Below, piece by piece: positions 1 to 6,987 of a stretch of 64,000 nucleotides of DNA. Within the stretch, counting starts at the first letter, position 1. Each line of letters begins with the position of its first letter. This DNA is from Candidatus Woesearchaeota archaeon (lineage in GTDB: Archaea; Nanobdellota; Nanobdellia; Pacearchaeales; GW2011-AR1), in contig CAZRMJ010000001.1 of NCBI GenBank assembly GCA_964601175.1, positions 11,280 through 75,279 on the forward strand, read 5' to 3'. Both the position numbers and the translations under genes were made by a program. Below the pieces are notes generated by a model that saw nothing but the letters and a program-made list of their open reading frames with translations, ran no database searches and had not been told where the DNA came from.

Positions 1-593
1 GCAGATAATGCTTCAGTTGGTATACTTCTAACTTGTTTAAGTTTGTTCATTGCTAAAGGAGAGCATGATTGAAATCCTTGTGCCATTCTAAAATTCGGGT
101 TTCTCGGAATTATTAGAAGTGAATTAAGTTCCGCTTGTATCCTTTTAGTTAAAGTATCTAATTCTTCTTTTGTTTTAGATCTACAGTTAAAATATAAACT
201 TACATTGAACAACTTGTCTCTTCCTTTTTGAAGATTGGCTAATACTGATTTTGTATCTTTATATTTTATTTGTAGACTTGGGTTTAGTATATTCCTGTTC
301 TTGGCAGAATACAAATCGGCTCTCTGTTTTTGTAATTCTTTATTAAGAAAGATCATCATTGTCTCAATATCATAAGGTTCAATATAAATTGAGATATCAA
401 AATTACCCATTGTACTAATAATTTTATCTAAAAATCCAGTTTCTACATTTCTTGGATAACCGTGAGCATATATTGTTCTATTTAAAATGCTTTTATCATT
501 GTTTGATATTTTAATATGGTTCGGAGTATTTTCTATCTTATTTGGTAAGAAGTCAGTTAATTCTTTACTTGTGCTCTTTTTATTAAATTTCAC
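1..593 (-). CDS. VirB4/TraC/CedB-like conjugative-type ATPase, N-terminal part (gene runs off the left edge)
   Basis: Absent from the ORF track because there is no stop in the window. My minus-strand translation from GTG 593..591 (GGAGGGG at 603..597) is open to position 1: VKFNKKSTSKELTDFLPNKIENTPNHIKISNNDKSILNRTIYAHGYPRNVETGFLDKIISTMGNFDISIYIEPYD...LFNVSLYFNCRSKTKEELD. The GYPr-v--GfL and fDiS-yI-P-D blocks match the pre-ATPase region of VirB4-family proteins as I recall it. Walker motifs would lie off-window. Confidence 0.5.
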   Translation of the reverse strand, partial: MKFNKKSTSKELTDFLPNKIENTPNHIKISNNDKSILNRTIYAHGYPRNVETGFLDKIISTMGNFDISIYIEPYDIETMMIFLNKELQKQRADLYSAKNRNILNPSLQIKYKDTKSVLANLQKGRDKLFNVSLYFNCRSKTKEELDTLTKRIQAELNSLLIIPRNPNFRMAQGFQSCSPLAMNKLKQVRSIPTEALS

Positions 594-1347
594 TCACCCC
601 TCCATTTCTAGAAATAAAGAACCTCTTAAGAAATAGATCTAAGTCATTATCCTTCAACCTATTATTTTTTAGACCTATATTTGTAAGCTTATCTTGGCAT
701 ATTTTAAGTTGAATATTTAAATCGTTTTTTTCTGGAATGACTATATAAAATACTCTGTTCATGACTTCGCTTTCTTTAGTTAACGACTCCAAATGCTTTT
801 TATATCCTTCAAATAATATCTTAAACTTATTATTATCTCTTATTTTTGATTCAAAATCTCTAAAATATTCTTCTAAATTTAATTGTTCCGTGCTCATAAT
901 AATTTGTATTGTAAAATCAATACTATTGAGAAATTTCTGAAATGCTATTGCTATTGCTTGTTTAGACTCTTCTGGTTTAATTGAGAAATTTATTGGATTA
1001 ATCCTCAAAATAGCTATCTTTCTTTTATCTGTAGTTAAAATTAAGTCCTCTTTTATTTCTTTAATAGGTATAAATCTTATCAAACTATTATAATTTTCAA
1101 TTTTCTTTGATTTGTACCAGTATTTCCAATTTTTTATATGCTTATCAAGATCTAAGAAGATAAAACCTATTGCTAATCCACTAAACATTGTTATAAATGG
1201 TATTTTTATTGCAATATTTAGATTTGTTTTAAAAGCAATGAATATAACTATTGGTGCAAATATAAACAAATAGGCTAATTGTTTAAAATTAAGACCAAAC
1301 ATTATTTTTTCCTTGTACTCTAGCTGTTGAGGTATTTCGTAAGCCAT
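583..1347 (-). CDS. PrgI/VirB3-like membrane protein with a VirB4-N-terminal-like soluble domain
   Basis: 254-aa ORF with ATG start. MAYEIPQQLEYKEKIMFGLNFKQLAYLFIF plus a TM hairpin resembles the PrgI/VirB3 signature. The soluble part (AILRINPINFSIKPEESKQAIAIAFQKFLNSIDFTIQIIM) resembles the N-terminal domain of Gram-positive-type VirB4. It overlaps the next ORF by 11 nt. Confidence 0.5.
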   Translation of the reverse strand: MAYEIPQQLEYKEKIMFGLNFKQLAYLFIFAPIVIFIAFKTNLNIAIKIPFITMFSGLAIGFIFLDLDKHIKNWKYWYKSKKIENYNSLIRFIPIKEIKEDLILTTDKRKIAILRINPINFSIKPEESKQAIAIAFQKFLNSIDFTIQIIMSTEQLNLEEYFRDFESKIRDNNKFKILFEGYKKHLESLTKESEVMNRVFYIVIPEKNDLNIQLKICQDKLTNIGLKNNRLKDNDLDLFLKRFFISRNGGVSEI

Positions 1348-1349
1348 TG

Positions 1350-2150
1350 TTAACTCCTAAATTTGCTACGAACACTAAATGTAGCTCTAGTTATTGCAAA
1401 AAGCAGTAGAATTGCCATAAGGATATCTATTAAAAGAAAAGCTGAGATCAATAAAATGATCTGAAAGTTACTAAAGACTCCTACATCCATTAAAGAAGAG
1501 AATCCTATCAATAATACTGCATCAAAAAATGTAATGAATATAGAAACCCCTAGAATATTTAATATTAATGAACCAATATCTCTTAATTTTGGAATAAAAT
1601 AGAAGAAAATACCTATCGGGAAGAAGACTATACCAACAGCAACTATCGTATATCTTAAGGTTAGAACGAATATAGTTATTATTAGTACCAATAAATAACC
1701 TATTAGTAATGCAAGGGCTAATCCTAAACCAATTGTACTATTTACTTGTAAACTAAAAAAGTTACTATCTACTATGCTCAAAGTTGCGGAAGTCATTGTG
1801 GAAGCCAAGTCTAATACTAAGCGGTATAGAAAGAATGAAGACTGAACTAGAACAATCATTATTATTATATTTCTTAACCATTCCTTGGCAGAATCCCTTT
1901 TTTCAGAGTCATAACCAGATATTAGAAAACTTATTCCTGCACCAACAAGTAAAAGAGCATAAAATATTGATAGCATGTAGACTATTATTGCCCATAATCT
2001 AATGAAGATCTCTGTTTGGACTTCAGCAGATAATAAATTTAGAACCAATTGTAAGAATGGCTGGACTGGAGCATTAATCAGATCAAATAAGAAATTAAAG
2101 AAGACCTCTGGAAGACATGATCCTAGATTAACTAATCCACAGCTAGGCAT
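1350..2150 (-). CDS. Polytopic membrane protein, VirB6/TrbL/CedA-like (topology and context only)
   Basis: 266-aa ORF with ATG start. About 6-7 hydrophobic helices and no soluble domain. It sits between the pilin-like gene and the VirB3/4-like genes. Confidence 0.4.
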   Translation of the reverse strand: MPSCGLVNLGSCLPEVFFNFLFDLINAPVQPFLQLVLNLLSAEVQTEIFIRLWAIIVYMLSIFYALLLVGAGISFLISGYDSEKRDSAKEWLRNIIIMIVLVQSSFFLYRLVLDLASTMTSATLSIVDSNFFSLQVNSTIGLGLALALLIGYLLVLIITIFVLTLRYTIVAVGIVFFPIGIFFYFIPKLRDIGSLILNILGVSIFITFFDAVLLIGFSSLMDVGVFSNFQIILLISAFLLIDILMAILLLFAITRATFSVRSKFRS

Positions 2151-2536
2151 CTTCTCATGAATGAAGTCTTAGTGAGAAATGAAAACAAGATATAATTAAA
2201 CAAAATAAATAGAACAATCTTAGAAAATAGTATAAACCTACTTGTTTCAATATCTTTTATAGAGAACTTAAAGTTTGCCTGTGCTCTGGGATAATTTGGG
2301 TTATTGTATCTTGGAAATTCATATCCTTGATCCCATAATATGCATATTGCTTCTTGTCTCTCAGATCCCGATATTTGCGACCAAATATAATTACAGTCAT
2401 TCTTTTTACTTGATTCGGTAAAATTAGAACATTTCAGATTTGATGGGCATGCAGAAGCTATTTGCAACAGCAACAATTTAATAAAAATCCCTGTTGCAAG
2501 AGCTACTGCTATCCTTTTTATTAGCACTTTATTCAT
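2132..2536 (-). CDS. Secreted, C-terminally anchored Cys-containing protein of the transfer operon
   Basis: 134 aa with ATG start. N-terminal signal-like helix, 6 Cys in the mature part, C-terminal TM helix. It overlaps the next gene by 19 nt. Confidence 0.45.
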   Translation of the reverse strand: MNKVLIKRIAVALATGIFIKLLLLQIASACPSNLKCSNFTESSKKNDCNYIWSQISGSERQEAICILWDQGYEFPRYNNPNYPRAQANFKFSIKDIETSRFILFSKIVLFILFNYILFSFLTKTSFMRRCLAVD

Positions 2537-2537
2537 A

Positions 2538-2864
2538 TTAGATCATAAATTGCACAAACCATGGTGCCGCCCAGATTATTGCAAGACCTATAAATACGTA
2601 CATTATTGTATTCTTCGAACTTTCTCGCTTTCTAGGATCAGAACCGCTTGTAATATAACTAATTCCTGCCATTACAAGCATTATAACCGCAACAAATGTT
2701 GCCGCATATTTGATTAAGTTATATATTCTTAACACAGGTTCTAATATTGTATCAAATGTGCGCTTATCTTCTTCTGACAAGGTCTGATTAAATTGGGCGC
2801 TAACAAATTGCATTGCAAAGATATACGCAATAAGCAAGATGCTAACAATTTTTTGTACCTTCAT
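2538..2864 (-). CDS. VirB2/TrbC-type pilin-like protein (CedA1/TedC-like topology)
   Basis: 108 aa. Signal peptide MKVQKIVSILLIAYIFAMQFVSA|Q, then two hydrophobic helices joined by the loop SGSDPRKRESSK. GGAGGT (2876..2871) lies 6 nt upstream of the ATG. ATGA overlap with the upstream gene. Confidence 0.5.
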   Translation of the reverse strand: MKVQKIVSILLIAYIFAMQFVSAQFNQTLSEEDKRTFDTILEPVLRIYNLIKYAATFVAVIMLVMAGISYITSGSDPRKRESSKNTIMYVFIGLAIIWAAPWFVQFMI

Positions 2865-3082
2865 TCTTTCACCTCCTTTTCAGTTGATTGCTCTCTCCAC
2901 TCGTCAAGGTAGGCTCTTGCCTTTCGAAATCTAGCCAGTTTACCTCTGGCATCTTTCTTATACTTCCATTTAATGAATTTAAGACAATTTTTGCAAAAGT
3001 CTTTTTCTTCGTCAATTTCTGTTTCGCAGATGGTGCATGTTTTTTTCATGCATTTGCCGTGATCTAAAACCTTTATAGGCAA
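2861..3082 (-). CDS. Small zinc-ribbon protein (first gene of the transfer operon)
   Basis: 73 aa with CxxC...CxxC (CTICE...CKNC) and a basic C-terminus. The track start is TTG; an internal ATG (MKKTCTICE) is an alternative start. Confidence 0.5.
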   Translation of the reverse strand: MPIKVLDHGKCMKKTCTICETEIDEEKDFCKNCLKFIKWKYKKDARGKLARFRKARAYLDEWREQSTEKEVKE

Positions 3083-3154
3083 TCGGAGACCATTTAGTCG
3101 ACTAAATGGAAGACTAATTAGTAGACTAAATTGACGTCTATTTTGTCTCCGATT
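3081..3154. promoter_or_regulatory. Operator-like nested palindromes in the divergent promoter region
   Basis: Perfect 20-bp palindrome ccatttagtcgactaaatgg (3090-3109). GACTAA half-sites at 3100, 3112 and 3124 with exact 12-nt phasing, plus an inverted copy at 3094-3099. Outer 10-bp inverted repeat aatcggagac (3081-3090) / gtctccgatt (3145-3154). Confidence 0.55.
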
Positions 3155-3185
3155 TTTTATAAAATTAAAAGAGAAAGTTCTGCTT

Positions 3186-3839
3186 ATGGAACAAAATAAG
3201 TTGATCTTAGGAGAATGCTTAGAAGTAATGAAAAAGATGCCTTCAAACTCAATAGACCTAATTATTACAGATCCCCCTTATGGAGACAACATTGCTTATT
3301 ATGGAAATAAAACTATAGAAAATAATGAGAACCCCTTGTTAAATTGTATAGCTTTAGTTGAGTGTTACAGAGTTTTAAGAAAAAACAAAACAATGTATAA
3401 TTTTACAAATTGGAAACATTTGCCTTTTCTTACAGAATTTATATCCAAGTATACCAAGTTCAAAATAAGACATGTAATAGTTTGGAAAAAGCCTAACTTC
3501 GGAATGGGTTATGCTTTTAGACACCAATATGAATTAATTTTAGTTCTGGAAAAAGAGAATCCTAAATATTATCTTACTAATTTTTCAAATGTACAAGAAT
3601 CTAGCTTTATTTCTGGAAAATCAATACACCCACATCAGAAACCTTTGGATTTGATTACTAAAATGATTAAACACAGTTCTAAAGAAGGAGATTTGGTGTT
3701 TGATCCATTCTGTGGAAGTGGCTCTACTTGTGTCTCTGCTAAAATCAATAATAGAAATTGGTTAGGTATAGAACTTGATCCTAAATTTATTGAAATCGCT
3801 AAAAATAGACTCTTGGAGGTAGATAATGGAACAGCATGA
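3186..3839 (+). CDS. DNA methyltransferase, beta-class N6-adenine/N4-cytosine (DPPY)
   Basis: 217 aa. Motif IV IITDPPYG lies N-terminal and motif I FDPFCGSGST C-terminal. HPHQKPLDL block as in the N4/N6 MTase family. Confidence 0.9.
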   Translation: MEQNKLILGECLEVMKKMPSNSIDLIITDPPYGDNIAYYGNKTIENNENPLLNCIALVECYRVLRKNKTMYNFTNWKHLPFLTEFISKYTKFKIRHVIVWKKPNFGMGYAFRHQYELILVLEKENPKYYLTNFSNVQESSFISGKSIHPHQKPLDLITKMIKHSSKEGDLVFDPFCGSGSTCVSAKINNRNWLGIELDPKFIEIAKNRLLEVDNGTA

Positions 3840-3972
3840 TTTAGATAAGTCAAATCCCGAACATGTTATACTGATGCTTGAGGAAATTCTTAGAATATTG
3901 TCTCAGAAGAAAGAGAAATTATGTGTTGAGTGTAAGAAGATTTACCCTTCAGATAAGCTATTTAAACCTTGA
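3826..3972 (+). CDS. 48-aa micro-ORF with a CxxC motif
   Basis: My translation: MEQHDLDKSNPEHVILMLEEILRILSQKKEKLCVECKKIYPSDKLFKP. GGAGG at 3815-3819 lies 6 nt upstream of the ATG. It overlaps the MTase stop by 14 nt. Too short for the ORF track. Confidence 0.3.
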   Translation: MEQHDLDKSNPEHVILMLEEILRILSQKKEKLCVECKKIYPSDKLFKP

Positions 3973-3987
3973 ATAAATCGCTTTTTT

Positions 3988-4965
3988 ATGGAGTTAAATG
4001 ATGAAGTTAGAATAGTTTTTGACGCTAGTTTCAATAATGATTATGCTGGAAATTTAGGAGAAAATGATGTACTAACTAATTTGGAAACATTAAATAGGAT
4101 TCTAAAGAATACAAAACTAGAAAAAGTTGATTATCTTATAAAAATAGTAGAATGCCATTTTATTATGTGCCCTTATTTAGCTTTCGAGTTTTTTATTACT
4201 AATGACCTTATATCTAAAGGTATGCAAGAGTTACACAATTATTTAGAAAACCTTAGATTAAAGAATGATTCATTATATTATGATCATTATCATTATTGCT
4301 TGTTAAGATTACAATATCAATTAAGAAATAAGAAATTTAACTTACAACAATTAAATATGATTAGAAATGGTGTAATTAATTTGCCTGATAGGGCTAAGTC
4401 GGTTAGAGTAAGAGCTATTGGATACACTGATGAAGATATTAGATTAGATGTTGTAACCAAAACCGTTAAAGTAATAGATGATAAAAGACTTGAAATTGTT
4501 AAAGAAAAGTATTCTGGTGAGTTGTTGACCGATGATATAAAAAATCTTAGTGAAAAATTAAAACAAAGTGATTTAAGGGGAGATTTAGCAAATTCTGTTT
4601 TAAAGTTAAAATCCAACTTTTATGAAAAAACCGATGATTTTGATTTAACTGCTTCTGCTCAGCAAATAAGAAATGTTATGATGGATATGATAAAAGATAT
4701 TACTAAAAAAGTAAATAGCGACCAGGAATTAGTTATATCCAATTCTAGTAGAGAAGATGCTGAATACAGAGAATTTTTAGAGAAAAAAGGGATTATTAGT
4801 GATAAAGAAAAGAGACTATTAGATTCTTTCTATAGTTTTATTTCAGATGAGATAAATCATAAATCTCTTACAAAAAAAGAATATTATAGGATTTCACTAA
4901 ACATATTTTCACAAATAGGCTATCTTATAATTGAAGAATATGAGAATTATATTAAAAGTAAATGA
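3988..4965 (+). CDS. Uncharacterised 325-aa protein downstream of the MTase (candidate R-M/defence partner)
   Basis: Long ORF with ATG start and K/E/N-rich helical-looking sequence. I recognise no motif in it. The antisense 99-aa ORF inside it is a shadow. Confidence 0.55.
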   Translation: MELNDEVRIVFDASFNNDYAGNLGENDVLTNLETLNRILKNTKLEKVDYLIKIVECHFIMCPYLAFEFFITNDLISKGMQELHNYLENLRLKNDSLYYDHYHYCLLRLQYQLRNKKFNLQQLNMIRNGVINLPDRAKSVRVRAIGYTDEDIRLDVVTKTVKVIDDKRLEIVKEKYSGELLTDDIKNLSEKLKQSDLRGDLANSVLKLKSNFYEKTDDFDLTASAQQIRNVMMDMIKDITKKVNSDQELVISNSSREDAEYREFLEKKGIISDKEKRLLDSFYSFISDEINHKSLTKKEYYRISLNIFSQIGYLIIEEYENYIKSK

Positions 4966-5086
4966 TTCAATTTAGTGGTTCACATCATTGTGCCATGATG
5001 TACTGGAACCCGGACCGCACTCATGGCTCTTCAGTCCTTTTCGCGTGATGCTGAAAATTTATAATTATACCAAACCTAATAAATAA

Positions 5087-5340
5087 ATGAAAAAGAGACT
5101 TCTAATAATCCGAGGCCTGTTGTTATGAGTGCGGGGTTGTTTAACAACTTGGAAACTTTTGAGGGAAATCATAATCATGATTTGGACTTAAGGTCAATTG
5201 TAAAAGTAAAATCTGACGAAATTCCAGAAGGTGACGGGATTATTGGAAGTCCTCCTTGCCAAAGTTGGAGTTTAGCAGGAGCAATGAAAGGAATATCTGA
5301 TGATAGGGGAAAGCTATTTTATGAAAAGAACTACAACTGA
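5087..5340 (+). pseudogene. Decayed C5-cytosine DNA methyltransferase (Dcm-type) remnant
   Basis: The 71-aa ORF keeps only the motif IV region (GSPPCQSWSLAGAMKGISDDRGKLFYE). An upstream ATG at 5087 gives MKKRLLIIRGLLL* in another frame. Motif I and motifs VI-X are absent. Confidence 0.7.
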
Positions 5341-5402
5341 CTTAGAGTCATCTTACTTTTGAGTAAAAGCAACATTCTTAAGCCTTAATTCTATGTTAAA
5401 TT

Positions 5403-5732
5403 ATGAAAAATAAAAAGATTTGGATTTGGGCAATTATAGGGTTTATTTATGCATTCATACCAATGAGCGTTATGGCTTTTGGTAAGAGTTCTGGAGAGGT
5501 TGGACCTGGAATTATTCTAATCCTTCCACCATTTTGGCCAGTTGCATTTAGTTTTTTTGGAATAATAGGGGTATTTGCATTTTTTGCAAAATTTTCTACT
5601 ACTCTTCTTAATTTTGGCTCTTCTCCTTTAATGAATTACATTTTAATTATATTAACTTTAATTTTTTGGACCATTCTTGGAGGATTAATAGGATATATTT
5701 CTACTAGAAAAGAGAAAATTAAAAACAAATGA
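5403..5732 (+). CDS. Small membrane protein (3-4 TM)
   Basis: 109 aa, ATG start, hydrophobic throughout. Confidence 0.5.
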   Translation: MKNKKIWIWAIIGFIYAFIPMSVMAFGKSSGEVGPGIILILPPFWPVAFSFFGIIGVFAFFAKFSTTLLNFGSSPLMNYILIILTLIFWTILGGLIGYISTRKEKIKNK

Positions 5733-5864
5733 GTATTTTGGATAATATCCGCATTAGTAATTTTGGGCTTACTTATTTTAGGAAGCCATTACTTTTTTGG
5801 CCGGTAATCCAATATCATTCTATTCTACAATTGGTTGCGCATCGAATTAGACTAAAGTGTATCA

Positions 5865-5936
5865 TGCGCGGGCCGGGAATTGAACCCGGGCCACAACATT
5901 GGCAATGTCGTATACTAACCACTATACTACCCGCGC
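5865..5936 (-). tRNA. tRNA-Gly (GCC)
   Basis: Minus-strand read: GCGCGGG TA GTAT AGTGGTTA GTAT A CGACA TTGCCAA TGTTG TGGC CCGGG TTCAATT CCCGG CCCGCGC A. Full cloverleaf, 72 nt, no encoded CCA. Confidence 0.9.
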
Positions 5937-5985
5937 TTAATTCTTATGGACAGAATGGTTTTATAAAGGTTTATTTTTGAAAATT

Positions 5986-6372
5986 TTACTTTATTCTTTT
6001 TAGTATTGCTTCTTCTAAATTTGCTATTCTTCTAAGGATATCTTCGACTCCTTTTTCGGCCTTTCTATTAACTTTGTAATCATATTCTGCTTTTATTCTA
6101 TCTTTTTGTGATTGTCTATTTTGACTCATTAGGATTATTGGAGCTTGTATTGCTGCTAGACAAGACAACACTAGATTTAGAAGTATGAATGGGTAAGGGT
6201 CCCAAACTCTTATCCATGCAATTATATTTATTGCCATCCATACACAAAGAAATGCGAGAAAAAATAGGATGAAGTGCCAGCTTCCAGCATATCTTGTTAA
6301 TTTATCAGCAGCTCTTTCGCCTATTGTTTGACCATGATGAAAGTTTGGTTTATCATAGATCTTATTTTTCAT
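5986..6372 (-). CDS. DUF1003-family membrane protein
   Basis: 128 aa. GSWHFI, DPYPFILLNLVLS..AAIQAPIILMSQNRQ..KDR and the YKVNRKAE blocks are typical of DUF1003. Confidence 0.85.
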   Translation of the reverse strand: MKNKIYDKPNFHHGQTIGERAADKLTRYAGSWHFILFFLAFLCVWMAINIIAWIRVWDPYPFILLNLVLSCLAAIQAPIILMSQNRQSQKDRIKAEYDYKVNRKAEKGVEDILRRIANLEEAILKRIK

Positions 6373-6474
6373 ATTTTACAGAAGATTTTGCTTTTTATAT
6401 ACCTATTTGATGGGTAAACACTAAAAAGCTAAAATGATTAGATTTTAAAACCATTGATTTATGGATATTAGGTT

Positions 6475-6545
6475 GGCCCATTAGTCTAATGGTAGAACAT
6501 CTCGTTTACACCGAGGAGGCGGAGGTTCGATTCCTCCATGGGCCA
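6475..6545 (+). tRNA. tRNA-Val (UAC)
   Basis: GGCCCAT TA GTCT AATGGTA GAAC A TCTCG TTTACAC CGAGG AGGC GGAGG TTCGATT CCTCC ATGGGCC A. One D-stem mismatch. 71 nt. Confidence 0.85.
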
Positions 6546-6551
6546 TTTTTT
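6546..6551 (+). terminator. Oligo-T tract immediately 3' of tRNA-Val
   Basis: A T6 run directly follows the discriminator base. Oligo-T tracts are the known archaeal termination signal. Confidence 0.4.
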
Positions 6552-6573
6552 ATCTAATCTATGCAACAATAAA

Positions 6574-6912
6574 TTAGTCAATTCTAGGATTATAATCTCT
6601 GGGTCTAATTTCCCAAGCTGTAGTATAATGTTTTGCAGCATCTCTAGCAGATTCTGGGCCAATATAAATTAGGCCTGAGTCTATATGTGGGCCTATTTGA
6701 ATGGGATTATCTTTCAATGGTAAAACTCGAAATCCTTGCATCCTGGGATCCTCGCATGAAAAGTAAAAAACAATAGTATTACCTTCAAGGGGGATAGAAT
6801 CGGTAGTTTCATCATTTAGTGAAAATCTATCCGGATCCCAAGGTTGATTATATTTATCAAAAAACATTGCTTTTGTTTTTTCAGTGTCTTCATTTTCTGA
6901 ATATTCTGCCAT
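6574..6912 (-). CDS. Hypothetical protein
   Basis: 112-aa ORF, ATG start, no recognisable motif. Confidence 0.45.
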   Translation of the reverse strand: MAEYSENEDTEKTKAMFFDKYNQPWDPDRFSLNDETTDSIPLEGNTIVFYFSCEDPRMQGFRVLPLKDNPIQIGPHIDSGLIYIGPESARDAAKHYTTAWEIRPRDYNPRID

Positions 6913-6958
6913 ATTCCAACTCTTAAGTAACAGTATTTAAGCCTTTTGAATGATCAGG

Positions 6959-6966
6959 TTTAAATA
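6959..6966 (+). promoter_or_regulatory. TATA box (TTTAAATA) for the GGDEF gene
   Basis: Centred about 26 nt upstream of ATG 6988, the spacing expected for a leaderless archaeal mRNA. Confidence 0.5.
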
Positions 6967-6987
6967 AGAAATTGACCTTTTTTAAGT

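Larger units (their letters stand above)
1..5864. mobile_element. Putative end of an integrated transfer/defence island abutting the 3' end of tRNA-Gly (left boundary outside window)
   Basis: Content is a conjugation-like operon, a DNA MTase, an unknown partner and a dead C5-MTase. The 3' end of the minus-strand tRNA-Gly (5865) faces this block. No integrase or att repeat is visible in the window. Confidence 0.35.

Noticed and set aside
4990-5060. Attempt to fold the GC-rich patch as a complete tRNA (e.g. a CTGAAGA loop suggesting Phe-GAA on the minus strand)
   Set aside because: The flanking bases do not form an anticodon stem, and the T-stem 3' half and the acceptor stem are missing. At most it is a decayed fragment.
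5729-5980. 83-aa plus-strand ORF
   Set aside because: It reads straight through the minus-strand tRNA-Gly (5865-5936). Its GC-rich middle is the tRNA sequence.
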